64,000 nucleotides of DNA, from NCBI GenBank assembly GCA_965215265.1, contig OZ244048.1, forward strand, positions 4,032,001 through 4,096,000, read 5' to 3'. This document shows, in pieces, positions 1-9,186 of this stretch. Both the position numbers and the translations under genes were made by a program. The notes beneath the pieces were generated by a model. It had not been told where the DNA came from and did no database searches. It saw nothing but the letters and a program-made list of their open reading frames with translations. Numbering within the stretch: the first letter of the stretch is position 1; the number at the start of each line of letters is the position of its first letter. The stretch is from Candidatus Poribacteria bacterium (GTDB lineage: Bacteria > Poribacteria > WGA-4E > WGA-3G).

Positions 1-154
1 AAGTTTCCGAACAGACTACGTTTTCAACACTTTTCGCCAATTCGTAAGACGTGCACACAGGTGTTCAAAAAATGAAATCGTGTTTGTGAATCCCTTTCCA
101 AAAAATGCAGTGCATTCACAAACTCTCAACGGACACGTCAACTCATTTTTTCAC

Positions 155-236
155 TTTTAAAGAACACTTTTGCTCTCTTCTAACCCTGCAAAGGGTTATT
201 TGACTTAATTATACCTCAAGAAGAAGTGTTTGTCAA
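155..236 (-). promoter_or_regulatory. Consensus sigma70 promoter with boxB-like hairpin and boxA-like motif (probable rRNA operon leader)
   Basis: Minus strand TTGACA (236-231), 17 bp, TATAAT (213-208); hairpin TAACCCT/AGGGTTA at 181-197; TGTTCTTTAAAA at 166-155 resembles boxA. Confidence 0.6.
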
Positions 237-487
237 ATTAAAAATATGTGGAATATAGCAAGATAGAGTTCTATTTTCCTGACGAGCTAATTTTTACCTA
301 CATTAATTCTATCACATGCGTGAGTTGGTACCAATTTATTTCTACGTGCTAATAATTCTATCCAGGTTAATAAAAATCTATAAGGACCTTATGACTATCG
401 CAGCAGCTTTTTTCTTGAATACCGAGCAGCGATCTGTTAGGATGTTGGATAAGCAAAAAAAACTTTAGTATATAGAGAAAATAGACA

Positions 488-883
488 ATGCCAACAGATT
501 CAACACTCGATGCAATTTCTCCTTTTTTTATTGTCAATAATCTTGCTGAGTCAATCGATTTCTACAATCAAAAACTCGGTTTTGCGATAGAGCTCCTTCT
601 CCCAGAAGAAGATCCGTTCTTTGCGATAGTGCATCGTGATAGCGTGCGTATCCTTCTTAAACAGATTACGAAAGATATCCTTCCGGTCCCCAATCACATC
701 CGCCATCAGTGGGCAAGATGGGATGCATTCGTCAGGTGCTCCAATCCGGATGTGCTCTTTTCTGAATTTGAATTTTGCGGGGTGCAGTTTCACGAGCCGC
801 TCAAAGATACCGAGGACGGCCTTCGAGCGTTTGAAGTCAAGGACAATGATGGTTATGTATTGTGTTTTGGGAGCCCGCTTTGA
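488..883 (+). CDS. VOC (glyoxalase/bleomycin resistance) family protein
   Basis: ESIDFYNQKLGF and C-terminal GLRAFEVKDNDGYVLCFG VOC motifs. Confidence 0.85.
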   Translation: MPTDSTLDAISPFFIVNNLAESIDFYNQKLGFAIELLLPEEDPFFAIVHRDSVRILLKQITKDILPVPNHIRHQWARWDAFVRCSNPDVLFSEFEFCGVQFHEPLKDTEDGLRAFEVKDNDGYVLCFGSPL

Positions 884-1326
884 GCCACTCCGGAACACGA
901 ATAGGTAATCCTGAGGACTTAGCCTCAGTAATATAATAGCCCTAATTGCGTCTGATGCATAGTGATTATAGTAGCGAAGTGCTTCGCTTTGATGGAGAAA
1001 TTATACATCTATTTACGATCAATCCCAATTGGAAACGATATAGAAAATCAATTAAGATTTTGCGTTATTTTCGAAAAAGAGTTGAGCTTCCACAAGAGCA
1101 GCTCGCAATAGAATAGGCGAATAGTTTGATGGCAGGCTGCTAAAGATAGCGTGAGTTGAGCAACTTTTATCTTTATAATCGCCGTTGAAAATTTCGCGAT
1201 AGGACAGTATAATAGATATAATTGTGATTTCATTAAGCACCTCTGGCGAAATTTCTCCTTAATTTGATTGCGTCAAGAGCTGCCTGAAACTGAATTGTCT
1301 GAAAATTGTGCTGAGGGTCCATTCAA

Positions 1327-2070
1327 TTGAGCGATGTTCCGAAAACACACCCGCGTTACTTATCGCTGAGATTGCGAGATACGATTGTGGCAGGCGTTGA
1401 GAATAGCATTACTTCCATCCACGGCCTGATTGCCCATGGTAGGGGAGAAGCATTTGACTATCTCCTTGGCGAGACAACGCAGCCGTTTGCACTTGAGGCG
1501 GTTCGTGCTGCTGCTGCCATGCTCTGTTTAGCTGAACACCCAGTCATTTCTGTTAACGGGAACGTAGCGGCCTTGGTGCCTCAAGCGTTAATTGAATTGG
1601 GACAGTTGTGCAATGCCCCGTTAGAGGTAAATATCTTTCACACCGATGGAGTGCGCGAGAAGGCGATTCGACAGCATCTCTTAAAACACGGGGCCTCCGA
1701 AGTGCTGATGCCGACTGCACAGGCACAACTCTCCTATATCGACTCAAACCGAAAGTTTGTGCATCCTGAGGGTATCTTCAAGGCCGACCTCGTGTTTGTT
1801 CCCTTGGAAGATGGAGACCGGTGTGAGGCACTGCGGAAAATGAGGAAACAGGTCGTCACAGTCGACCTGAATCCGATGTCGCGTACAGCAGAGCAGGCAA
1901 ATGTGACGATTGTGGATAACGTTGTGCGGGCCTTGCCGTTGTTATGTGCAGAAGTTCGAGAAACTGCCAGACTTACCGATTCTGCGATGCGGGATATAGT
2001 GGCGAGATATAGCAACGAAATGGTGCTACAGGAGGCGTTGCGGTGCATCCGTGGGAGCGGCGATGGCTAA
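1327..2070 (+). CDS. Archaeal-type 4-phosphopantoate--beta-alanine ligase (phosphopantothenate synthetase)
   Basis: HPRYLSL, GLIAHGRGEAFDYLLGE, SVNGN, VPLEDGDR and DLNPMSRT motifs of the PPS/DUF137 family; TTG start. Confidence 0.9.
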   Translation: MSDVPKTHPRYLSLRLRDTIVAGVENSITSIHGLIAHGRGEAFDYLLGETTQPFALEAVRAAAAMLCLAEHPVISVNGNVAALVPQALIELGQLCNAPLEVNIFHTDGVREKAIRQHLLKHGASEVLMPTAQAQLSYIDSNRKFVHPEGIFKADLVFVPLEDGDRCEALRKMRKQVVTVDLNPMSRTAEQANVTIVDNVVRALPLLCAEVRETARLTDSAMRDIVARYSNEMVLQEALRCIRGSGDG

Positions 2071-3979
2071 CGGGAACCGAAACAGAATTAAACCCCATAT
2101 TCTGCTTATTGGATTGGCTCTTGTCGCCTTTAATAGTTATTGGTGCCTGATGGGAACAGAGGTCTGGCACTCGACGCAACTCACTATCGCCTCGCTGTTC
2201 TTTAACGCCGTTTTTACGCTTTTAGTTTTTGTGCTTATTAACTTGCTGCTGACGCGTTGGGCCCCACGTTTTGCCATGTCGCAAGCCGATTTGCAAACCA
2301 TTTACGTAATGGTTGTGATGCTGACGACAATTAGCGGGCATACAATGATGGGGTACCTCATCCCGGTGCTCGCGCATGCGTTTCATTTCGCTTCGCCTGA
2401 AAACGAATGGATCCCGCTCTTTGGACACCATATCCCAACGTGGATAGCTATCAAAGATTCTCGCGTGTTAGAGGGTTTCTATGAAGGGGACTCGACACTT
2501 TATACGGCTCCGACACTAAACGCATGGCTGCCCCCGGTTCTCGCCTGGTCGTGCTTTGTAATTGCCCTCTGGTTAACGCTGCTCGCGGTAACCGTTTTTC
2601 TACGAAAGCAGTGGACAGAAAATGAACGGTTGAACTATCCAATAGTGCAGCTCCCGTTAGCGCTGACGAGCAATCCTAAACGTTTTTTTAGTTCACCGTG
2701 GATGTGGTTAGGGTTTGCCTTAGCCGGTGGGGCAGAACTGTTGAACGGCTTAAATTACCTTTTTCCGGAGATCCCGGCTTTGCCCATAAAAGGGAAAACC
2801 ATTGGACAATTCAGTTCAAAGCCCTGGAGCGCCATGGGTCCGATTCGCATCTCCTTTTATCCTTTCAGCATCGGCTTGATGTTCTTTACGCCGTTAGATC
2901 TCTCCTTCTCTTGTTGGGTTTTCTGGCTTTTCAGCCGCCTCCAGTTGATTGCCACCGACGCGTTTGGCGCCCGAAACATCTATCATCTTGAACAGCAGAC
3001 GGGAGCGTGGATTGCGTTTGGGTGCATCCCACTATGGATAGGACGACGACACTACGGACGGATTATTCGGAAGGTACTCGGGCTGGCCCCTCGCCACGGA
3101 GCTGCCCCCAACGATAGGGCAGAACCGATGCGCTACCGCACAGCGGCAAGCTTATTCGTCGTTGGGCTGCTATTTCTATTCCTTTTCTGCCATCAGATGG
3201 GGATGGCATTTTGGGCGATTGGGCTATTTTTCCTCTTTTACTTCCCGTTAGTTATTGGTATCACCCGGATTCGTGCAGAAATAGGCCCGCCATTGCATCA
3301 ACTTATTTTCGTTGATCCGGGGCGAACGATGGTTTTGGCGTTAGGGACGCGTAGATTGGGTGCAGCAAACTTAACCGGATTAACGTTCCTCTATCCGTTT
3401 GTGCGCTGTTTTCGGGCGCATCCAACACCGAGTGAACTAGAGGCATTCCGGCTCGCAGAACGGACGCGAATCGGGTATCGGCAGCTCCTCATCGGGATGA
3501 TCTTAGCGATTGTTTTCGGTATCCTGATAACATTTTGGGCATATCTGCATGTCCTCTATGATATGGGCGCAGGGAGTAAGGCACGCGGATGGATTGTGTA
3601 TATGGGCTGGGAAACGTTCAACCGCTTGCAAACCTGGCTTGTCACACCCCGGGAGACGAGCGGACCGGAGCTAGGCGTTATTGGCAGTAGCTTCCTATTT
3701 ACGGTATTCCTAATGATCATGAAGATCCGGTTCCTGTGGTGGCCGCTGCACCCAGGTGGCTATGTGCTGGTCAGCGGAACGGGGATGGGCGGGTTGTGGT
3801 TCCCAATTTTCTTGAGTTGGTTATCGAAGGCAATTGTCCTGAAAGTGGGAGGAGTAAAATTATATCGCCAGGCAGTACCGTTCTTCTTAGGGCTAATTTT
3901 AGGGGATTATACGCTTGGATGTGTGTGGAGTTTAATAGGATTGGTTTTACAAATGCCGACGTACATTGTGTGGCATTGA
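2063..3979 (+). CDS. DUF6785/DUF6784-like polytopic membrane protein (putative transporter)
   Basis: ~640 aa with many TM helices; LRKQW...ERLNYPIVQLP, WWPLHPGGY and PFFLGLILG motifs; start moved to ATG 2063. Confidence 0.75.
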   Translation: MANGNRNRIKPHILLIGLALVAFNSYWCLMGTEVWHSTQLTIASLFFNAVFTLLVFVLINLLLTRWAPRFAMSQADLQTIYVMVVMLTTISGHTMMGYLIPVLAHAFHFASPENEWIPLFGHHIPTWIAIKDSRVLEGFYEGDSTLYTAPTLNAWLPPVLAWSCFVIALWLTLLAVTVFLRKQWTENERLNYPIVQLPLALTSNPKRFFSSPWMWLGFALAGGAELLNGLNYLFPEIPALPIKGKTIGQFSSKPWSAMGPIRISFYPFSIGLMFFTPLDLSFSCWVFWLFSRLQLIATDAFGARNIYHLEQQTGAWIAFGCIPLWIGRRHYGRIIRKVLGLAPRHGAAPNDRAEPMRYRTAASLFVVGLLFLFLFCHQMGMAFWAIGLFFLFYFPLVIGITRIRAEIGPPLHQLIFVDPGRTMVLALGTRRLGAANLTGLTFLYPFVRCFRAHPTPSELEAFRLAERTRIGYRQLLIGMILAIVFGILITFWAYLHVLYDMGAGSKARGWIVYMGWETFNRLQTWLVTPRETSGPELGVIGSSFLFTVFLMIMKIRFLWWPLHPGGYVLVSGTGMGGLWFPIFLSWLSKAIVLKVGGVKLYRQAVPFFLGLILGDYTLGCVWSLIGLVLQMPTYIVWH

Positions 3980-4046
3980 CGCAAGACCTGTTTAGGGGGC
4001 TATTTCAGGATATAGGATGGGCGGCGACGCAACCCAAAATTTGCTA

Positions 4047-4436
4047 CTATTCATCAAATAAAATAGTCTGTGCGAGGAGTTCTAAAAACGTTGTAATCTC
4101 AGGTGTTGACGGTTTTGTTGTATGGAATGAAGTCTGATACGATGTGAGTATTTCGTAAAGTTGTGTTAAATCAATTTGCCGTTTTCGAATTGCGTCGCGA
4201 ACGTGCTCAAATTGGGAGACGACCTGTTCTTTTGAAATCCCATCAGGTCGGTTTTTCAACAAATGTTTTTCGATACTGTTCAGTGCACGTTCTGCCATCC
4301 AGTGCCGCATGCCATCAATCCCACCAAGTCGGTAGTAAGCAATTCCACTGGCAGCGACGCATAGAATGACAACTGCAAGCGAAAAAATCAAGACTCTTCG
4401 GTAACAGCCGCTAAGCTTCCTATTAATGCTCGCCAT
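4047..4436 (-). CDS. Hypothetical membrane-anchored protein
   Basis: 129 aa with N-terminal TM segment; immediately downstream of the amidohydrolase gene. Confidence 0.65.
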   Translation of the reverse strand: MASINRKLSGCYRRVLIFSLAVVILCVAASGIAYYRLGGIDGMRHWMAERALNSIEKHLLKNRPDGISKEQVVSQFEHVRDAIRKRQIDLTQLYEILTSYQTSFHTTKPSTPEITTFLELLAQTILFDE

Positions 4437-4437
4437 T

Positions 4438-5553
4438 TCAGAGTTTTCCTTCGCGTATCGTTAGGGCAGCTTTGAGTTTTTGATTGCCGATAAATTTTGT
4501 GCCGTGTGCATCAAAAAATTCAAATTCCCCTTCAAGCAGTTCAAAGACAGCAACGTCGGCAACCGTCCCGATTTTCAGATGGCCGAGCTGCTCTTCCCGT
4601 TTGATGGCTTTTGCTGCGTTAAAAGTTGCCTTCTCAATTACCGCTTCAAGGGATAATCCAAGGTGCATGAATTTTGAGAGTGTGGTGGGCAAATCGTAGA
4701 CGGGCCCGTTGATGTTACCAGTGTGCAAGTCTGTGCTAATGACATCAGAGATGAATCCTTGCTCCATGGCACGCTGGGCAACTTCATAGCAGAAGCTCCC
4801 GCCGCCGTGTCCGACATCAAAAATAACGCCCTCCTGCTGTGCCGTCCAGGCCTCTGGAATGACGTGTCCTTTCTCGTCAACGATGTTATTGCCGTTTCCT
4901 TGGAAGCAGTGCGTAATCACGTCGCCTGGCCGCATTAACGCCAGAATATCCGGAAGAGGTATGCCAGCACCGATATGGCACATGACTGGTGTTTCCGCTT
5001 GTTCTGCTGCTTGGATTGCCAGTTTGAGGGGTTCTACGCCGTTATCGGCAACCTGCATTTTGCCTTGGCGGACCTTCACACCGACTGTGAGCTCACGATA
5101 CTTTTGTAATGTTTCCGCAACGCGCCCCGGGTTTGCATAAGCCAGGTCGTGCATCTCGCCGACGGGACCATAAACAAGCCCAATTCCGGAGATATGGATG
5201 TAGGTGAGAATTTGTGTCTGCGCCGGTTTTGCAATGAATTCGCGGAACCCCGGAAACGTTGCCCAGCTTGGACTTCCAGCATCTACAATCGTTGTTGTAC
5301 CTGTGGTTGTGCAGACAGCATCGGCTCTGATACCCCATGTCGTTACACTGTGATAGACGTGCGCGTGAATATCAACCAGGCCCGGTGTCACATATTTATT
5401 TGTCACAAAGACGGTTTGCGTTGCTATGTTTTGTGGAATAGCTGGTTCAATTGCGGCGATGATACCGTTGGAGATGGCAACATCGCATCGGGCATTCAAT
5501 CCTTGTGCCGGATCAAGGACGGTTCCCCCTTTGAGCAGAATGTCGTATTTCAT
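4438..5553 (-). CDS. Amidohydrolase/deacetylase family metallohydrolase (dihydroorotase-like)
   Basis: PGLVDIHAH, VDAGS, DVGHGGGSF and ISTDLH motifs; start moved to MKYDILL. Confidence 0.85.
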   Translation of the reverse strand: MKYDILLKGGTVLDPAQGLNARCDVAISNGIIAAIEPAIPQNIATQTVFVTNKYVTPGLVDIHAHVYHSVTTWGIRADAVCTTTGTTTIVDAGSPSWATFPGFREFIAKPAQTQILTYIHISGIGLVYGPVGEMHDLAYANPGRVAETLQKYRELTVGVKVRQGKMQVADNGVEPLKLAIQAAEQAETPVMCHIGAGIPLPDILALMRPGDVITHCFQGNGNNIVDEKGHVIPEAWTAQQEGVIFDVGHGGGSFCYEVAQRAMEQGFISDVISTDLHTGNINGPVYDLPTTLSKFMHLGLSLEAVIEKATFNAAKAIKREEQLGHLKIGTVADVAVFELLEGEFEFFDAHGTKFIGNQKLKAALTIREGKL

Positions 5554-5560
5554 ATTTTGC

Positions 5561-6241
5561 CTATACTCCGCGTTTATTGCCCCAGATATCAACATGAACG
5601 CGCGGCGAATAACGATACCCGTTTTCTTTACAGAGCTCTATGAGCCATTCTTGTTTCTGCTGTAGCATCTGTGGTGTAATCCCTTGCGGCATCAGCATGA
5701 TGGTTTCTGCAGGAATACCGATATCTGATTGCAGCTTTTGAATCTCACCGAGGTCTGCCGGGGTGTCAACGACGAATTTGATCTGGCAAGGATACGTGTC
5801 CAAAAAGCTGCGGATAACGTCTGGACAGATACGTCTGCAGTCATGTCGTTTGAAAAAGCGATTGTCCATTGGTGGGTTGGAGTTACGCAGTTTTGGGCTC
5901 ATCGAAATCAGGTGTGCTGACACCTCAGCGAAGAGTGTGGCGTTTGTCTCAATGGTAATGTGGTGTCCGTGTTTATCTAATTCGCAGCAGAGGGCTAACA
6001 GTTCTTTGGTTTGAATGAACGGTTCGCCTCCTGTAATGACGACGTGCTTGCATCCATATTGGGTAATTGCTGAAACGGTTTCGGCGACACTGATGTCTCT
6101 GTTTTCCGGTGTCCAAGATGTGTAAGGTGTGTCACACCAAACACATCTCAGATTGCAGTAACTCGTGCGAAAGAAAACAGAAGGGACGCCTATCAATTGC
6201 CCTTCGCCTTGGATCGTATAGAACAGTTCGCTAAATTTCAT
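5561..6241 (-). CDS. queE: 7-carboxy-7-deazaguanine synthase (radical SAM)
   Basis: ELFYTIQGEG, CNLRCVWCDT, ITGGEP, IETNAT and SPK motifs. Confidence 0.92.
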   Translation of the reverse strand: MKFSELFYTIQGEGQLIGVPSVFFRTSYCNLRCVWCDTPYTSWTPENRDISVAETVSAITQYGCKHVVITGGEPFIQTKELLALCCELDKHGHHITIETNATLFAEVSAHLISMSPKLRNSNPPMDNRFFKRHDCRRICPDVIRSFLDTYPCQIKFVVDTPADLGEIQKLQSDIGIPAETIMLMPQGITPQMLQQKQEWLIELCKENGYRYSPRVHVDIWGNKRGV

Positions 6242-6375
6242 GTTTTTCGTCTCTGTTCACAAGCACGTCTGCCATAGCGTGAACGTCGGTCCGACTGTCC
6301 TTTTGTGCAAATCGTGTGGAGCAGCTGAGAGAATTATTCGCGCCCGCTTTAGAGGTTCTTCTATACCGAAAATGC

Positions 6376-6747
6376 TTAAGCTTCGATGAGTTCAATCTGA
6401 ACGTTGTCGGGTCCCTTGAAAAACGCCATCATCAAGCCATTGGGTTTGAGCTCTTCGAGCTCTGCACCTTTTGCTTGTAAGTCTGCGACTGCAGCGTCCA
6501 GATCTTCTACGGTAAAGGCAAGTTGATAGACACCCCACCGCGGATTGCCGCTGGTTTCTTCTACCTCCATATCGCCAAATTTAGGGGATAGGGAAATTCG
6601 TGCCCCGCCAATTTCCATGCGTACAATTGGTAAGCCCCGTACCTCAACGGTTTCGCTTACTTTGCCATCAAACATCTTTTCATAATAGCGGACAGCCCCA
6701 TCTAAATCTTCGCAGCGGAGGTGCACGTGATGAAATGTATATGCCAT
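6376..6747 (-). CDS. VOC family protein
   Basis: FHHVHL, QLAFTVEDLD and FFKGPDNVQIEL; AGGAG SD before ATG 6747. Confidence 0.85.
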   Translation of the reverse strand: MAYTFHHVHLRCEDLDGAVRYYEKMFDGKVSETVEVRGLPIVRMEIGGARISLSPKFGDMEVEETSGNPRWGVYQLAFTVEDLDAAVADLQAKGAELEELKPNGLMMAFFKGPDNVQIELIEA

Positions 6748-6951
6748 GCTAACATCTCCTTTCTTTACTTTTTTGCTGTTTTGTCTCTGTTCTTGCTTGT
6801 ACCTTTGCCGTGGCGTGAACGGAGGAATAATCCCTAGCAAGTCTGCTTTTCCGTTTACGGCGGCTAAACTCGTCAGAGACATTTTAGCAATTACCTTTCA
6901 TCTCTATTGTGGCATAATTTTCCGATTTTGTCAAGTTTTTTATTAATTCTA

Positions 6952-6980
6952 TTGACAAAACGCCTGAGAAATACTATTAT
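6952..6980 (+). promoter_or_regulatory. sigma70 promoter
   Basis: TTGACA-17 bp-TATTAT upstream of ATG 7002; a divergent TTGACA lies on the minus strand at 6934-6929. Confidence 0.6.
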
Positions 6981-7001
6981 AAAGTTCGGAAGGAACCTCT
7001 T

Positions 7002-9137
7002 ATGGAGAAATATACCACACTCCGTCGACAGCATACCGAATTACTTGCAGAAGAACTTGCGAAGCAAAATCTACCAATCATTGTACACTTGGAACCGATT
7101 ACTGATTTTGAAGAGCTCCTCACGTTTGCACAAGGGCATCCGACTCCAATTGGGTTTACGCCGAGGCAACCTGCCTGGCGGCTTGAATCTGTGGCAGCAC
7201 GTGTATATGAGACGATTGCGATAGCCGCCCATGAATCGCTTGAGGACGACGAATGGGATTCGCTGGCGGGCATCCTTTTGGAATACACTGAGTATCTCTA
7301 TACCTATCCCGATGCAACTACTGCCCGCGAAAAACTTGACGCAGGGACAGCGTTAGCACTGGCGAGCAGTGTTTGCAGTGTATTGCCACACGCAGAACTC
7401 TGGAGGCTCGCGGGGTTCGGAAGAATTGCGTCGGCGATGGCCGAGGGCGTGCCATCACAGACAGACTCACATCTGACTCATCTACTGAGTGTTGCATTTT
7501 CGCTAGCAATTGAACTAAACTTGCCCATTTTGGATAAGGCAATTGAAAGCTATAATACCGTCTTTAATTGCCGTATCAATCCGAAAAAACGGTTCAAATT
7601 TCCGGTAACGGACACAAGGTTCTTTCATCAACTTAATTTGGAATTGCCGGGGTTAGAACGTGTTAAATCTGCCGTTTTGCAGGCGGATATAGACGCAGCA
7701 AAGGCTGCGTACACCGTCTTTCGCAGGCAGTTTTTAAAAAATTTTGAAGGCACCTCGTTATTAGAGAGAACGGATACCTACAGCACCGCTAAATCCTATT
7801 TGGCCTGCTTGCTTCGGCTATGTATCTATCCATCACCGGTTATTGCTGGAACGATAGAGTTGAGTATTGCAGCACTTCTCTTCCCAGAATTTCGGAGAAG
7901 CGAGCAACTAAGCGCGCTTGCCTTGCGCCGTTACAAGTGGATAGCTGAGGCGTTCTTCTGCCGCGATGGCTTTCATCGGGATAGGACATTCCGGACTCAA
8001 TGTGAAGTCATCGTTGAATTTTCCAGATACCTGCGGTTAAATCCACCGGATGCAGAAGAACTGAAAACCTTCCTTGAAAAGCAGATGGAGGCGTGTCTCT
8101 ATTTGAGCCAACCGGATTTGTCTTTTCCGACTACTGATGCGTCCACATTTGATGCTATTGAGTTATGTCAATTCGGTGATATCGGTTTCGGGCGTGATGA
8201 TTTTGAGTATATCGCTTCTGCGCGGCAGCGAGGCAGTGAACCACGCAGCACTTCTTACGCGCTTCCTGAGACGGGCTACTACGTTATGAGAGATAGCTGG
8301 GAATCCGATGCACAATACTTACTCTTTGATGCAGGCCCGTTGAAGATGTCTGGCTCTTCTGATGTTTTTGTAAAAATACCTAGAAACTTATCAAAATTCA
8401 GTTTTCTATTACACGCGTACGGAAGACAGTTGGTTGAGGGATGCCTCATTGTAAAAGAGACAGCTATGCCAGAGGCGTTTGATACACGTTGGATAACAAC
8501 ACCGGCGTTTGATTTCATAGAAGTTTGGCATAAAGTGAGTGACATTCATTATAAACGTTCCATTTTTTATATTAAGGGCGAATACTTCATTCTCCATGAC
8601 CTGGTTCTCGGAGAAGGTGAGCGTACCTTGGAGCAAATCTTTCAGTTTCTTACGCACGGTAAACGCAGTCCAAACCCACAGATAGTCGTAAACGACAGCG
8701 CAGCTTGGACGCAGGCGGAGCAAAGCGCGAATCTCTTTTTAGGATGCGTGGATACAACAAACCTCACCGTTAAATTGGGTGCTGATAAAGTTACCTATCG
8801 TGTCCGACACCAATCGCCTACGGTATTGAACGTCCTCCTATTCCCAATGAAACCTGATATCAAGGAACGTCCTACCGTCTCTCCGATTGCAGTAAGCAGC
8901 GACACTGACGTGTTAGCAACCGGCTTCACCGTGAAGTCAAACGGCGTAACCGACACGTTTCTGATTTCTGACGATGGTTTGGCGGCAATGTCGACGGATA
9001 CCGTTGAATTTGTAGGGGAATCTCTGTTTTTACGTGGGGAGCAGTTTATCATGCTGAACGGGCGGTTCCTCAAAGTCGGCGGTAAGGTCTTCGCGGATTT
9101 AGGTACACCGCGAGAACATTATGTGCGGATGAAATGA
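7002..9137 (+). CDS. Heparinase II/III-like protein (possibly degenerate)
   Basis: FFHQLNLELPGLERVK and SYALPETGYYVMRDSW...LLFDAGP motifs. Confidence 0.65.
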   Translation: MEKYTTLRRQHTELLAEELAKQNLPIIVHLEPITDFEELLTFAQGHPTPIGFTPRQPAWRLESVAARVYETIAIAAHESLEDDEWDSLAGILLEYTEYLYTYPDATTAREKLDAGTALALASSVCSVLPHAELWRLAGFGRIASAMAEGVPSQTDSHLTHLLSVAFSLAIELNLPILDKAIESYNTVFNCRINPKKRFKFPVTDTRFFHQLNLELPGLERVKSAVLQADIDAAKAAYTVFRRQFLKNFEGTSLLERTDTYSTAKSYLACLLRLCIYPSPVIAGTIELSIAALLFPEFRRSEQLSALALRRYKWIAEAFFCRDGFHRDRTFRTQCEVIVEFSRYLRLNPPDAEELKTFLEKQMEACLYLSQPDLSFPTTDASTFDAIELCQFGDIGFGRDDFEYIASARQRGSEPRSTSYALPETGYYVMRDSWESDAQYLLFDAGPLKMSGSSDVFVKIPRNLSKFSFLLHAYGRQLVEGCLIVKETAMPEAFDTRWITTPAFDFIEVWHKVSDIHYKRSIFYIKGEYFILHDLVLGEGERTLEQIFQFLTHGKRSPNPQIVVNDSAAWTQAEQSANLFLGCVDTTNLTVKLGADKVTYRVRHQSPTVLNVLLFPMKPDIKERPTVSPIAVSSDTDVLATGFTVKSNGVTDTFLISDDGLAAMSTDTVEFVGESLFLRGEQFIMLNGRFLKVGGKVFADLGTPREHYVRMK

Positions 9138-9186
9138 GCAAAGACAGCATATTAGAAAACTGCTTTCAGAGTTCTCCGAGCTGCTT

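Noticed and set aside
1048-1240. Short minus-strand ORFs in the AT-rich intergenic region
   Set aside because: No motifs; two overlapping frames of similar length suggest chance ORFs
5561-6241. queE as part of a 7-deazaguanine DNA-modification (dpd) island
   Set aside because: No dpdA/tgtA5, queC or queD nearby; the context is housekeeping
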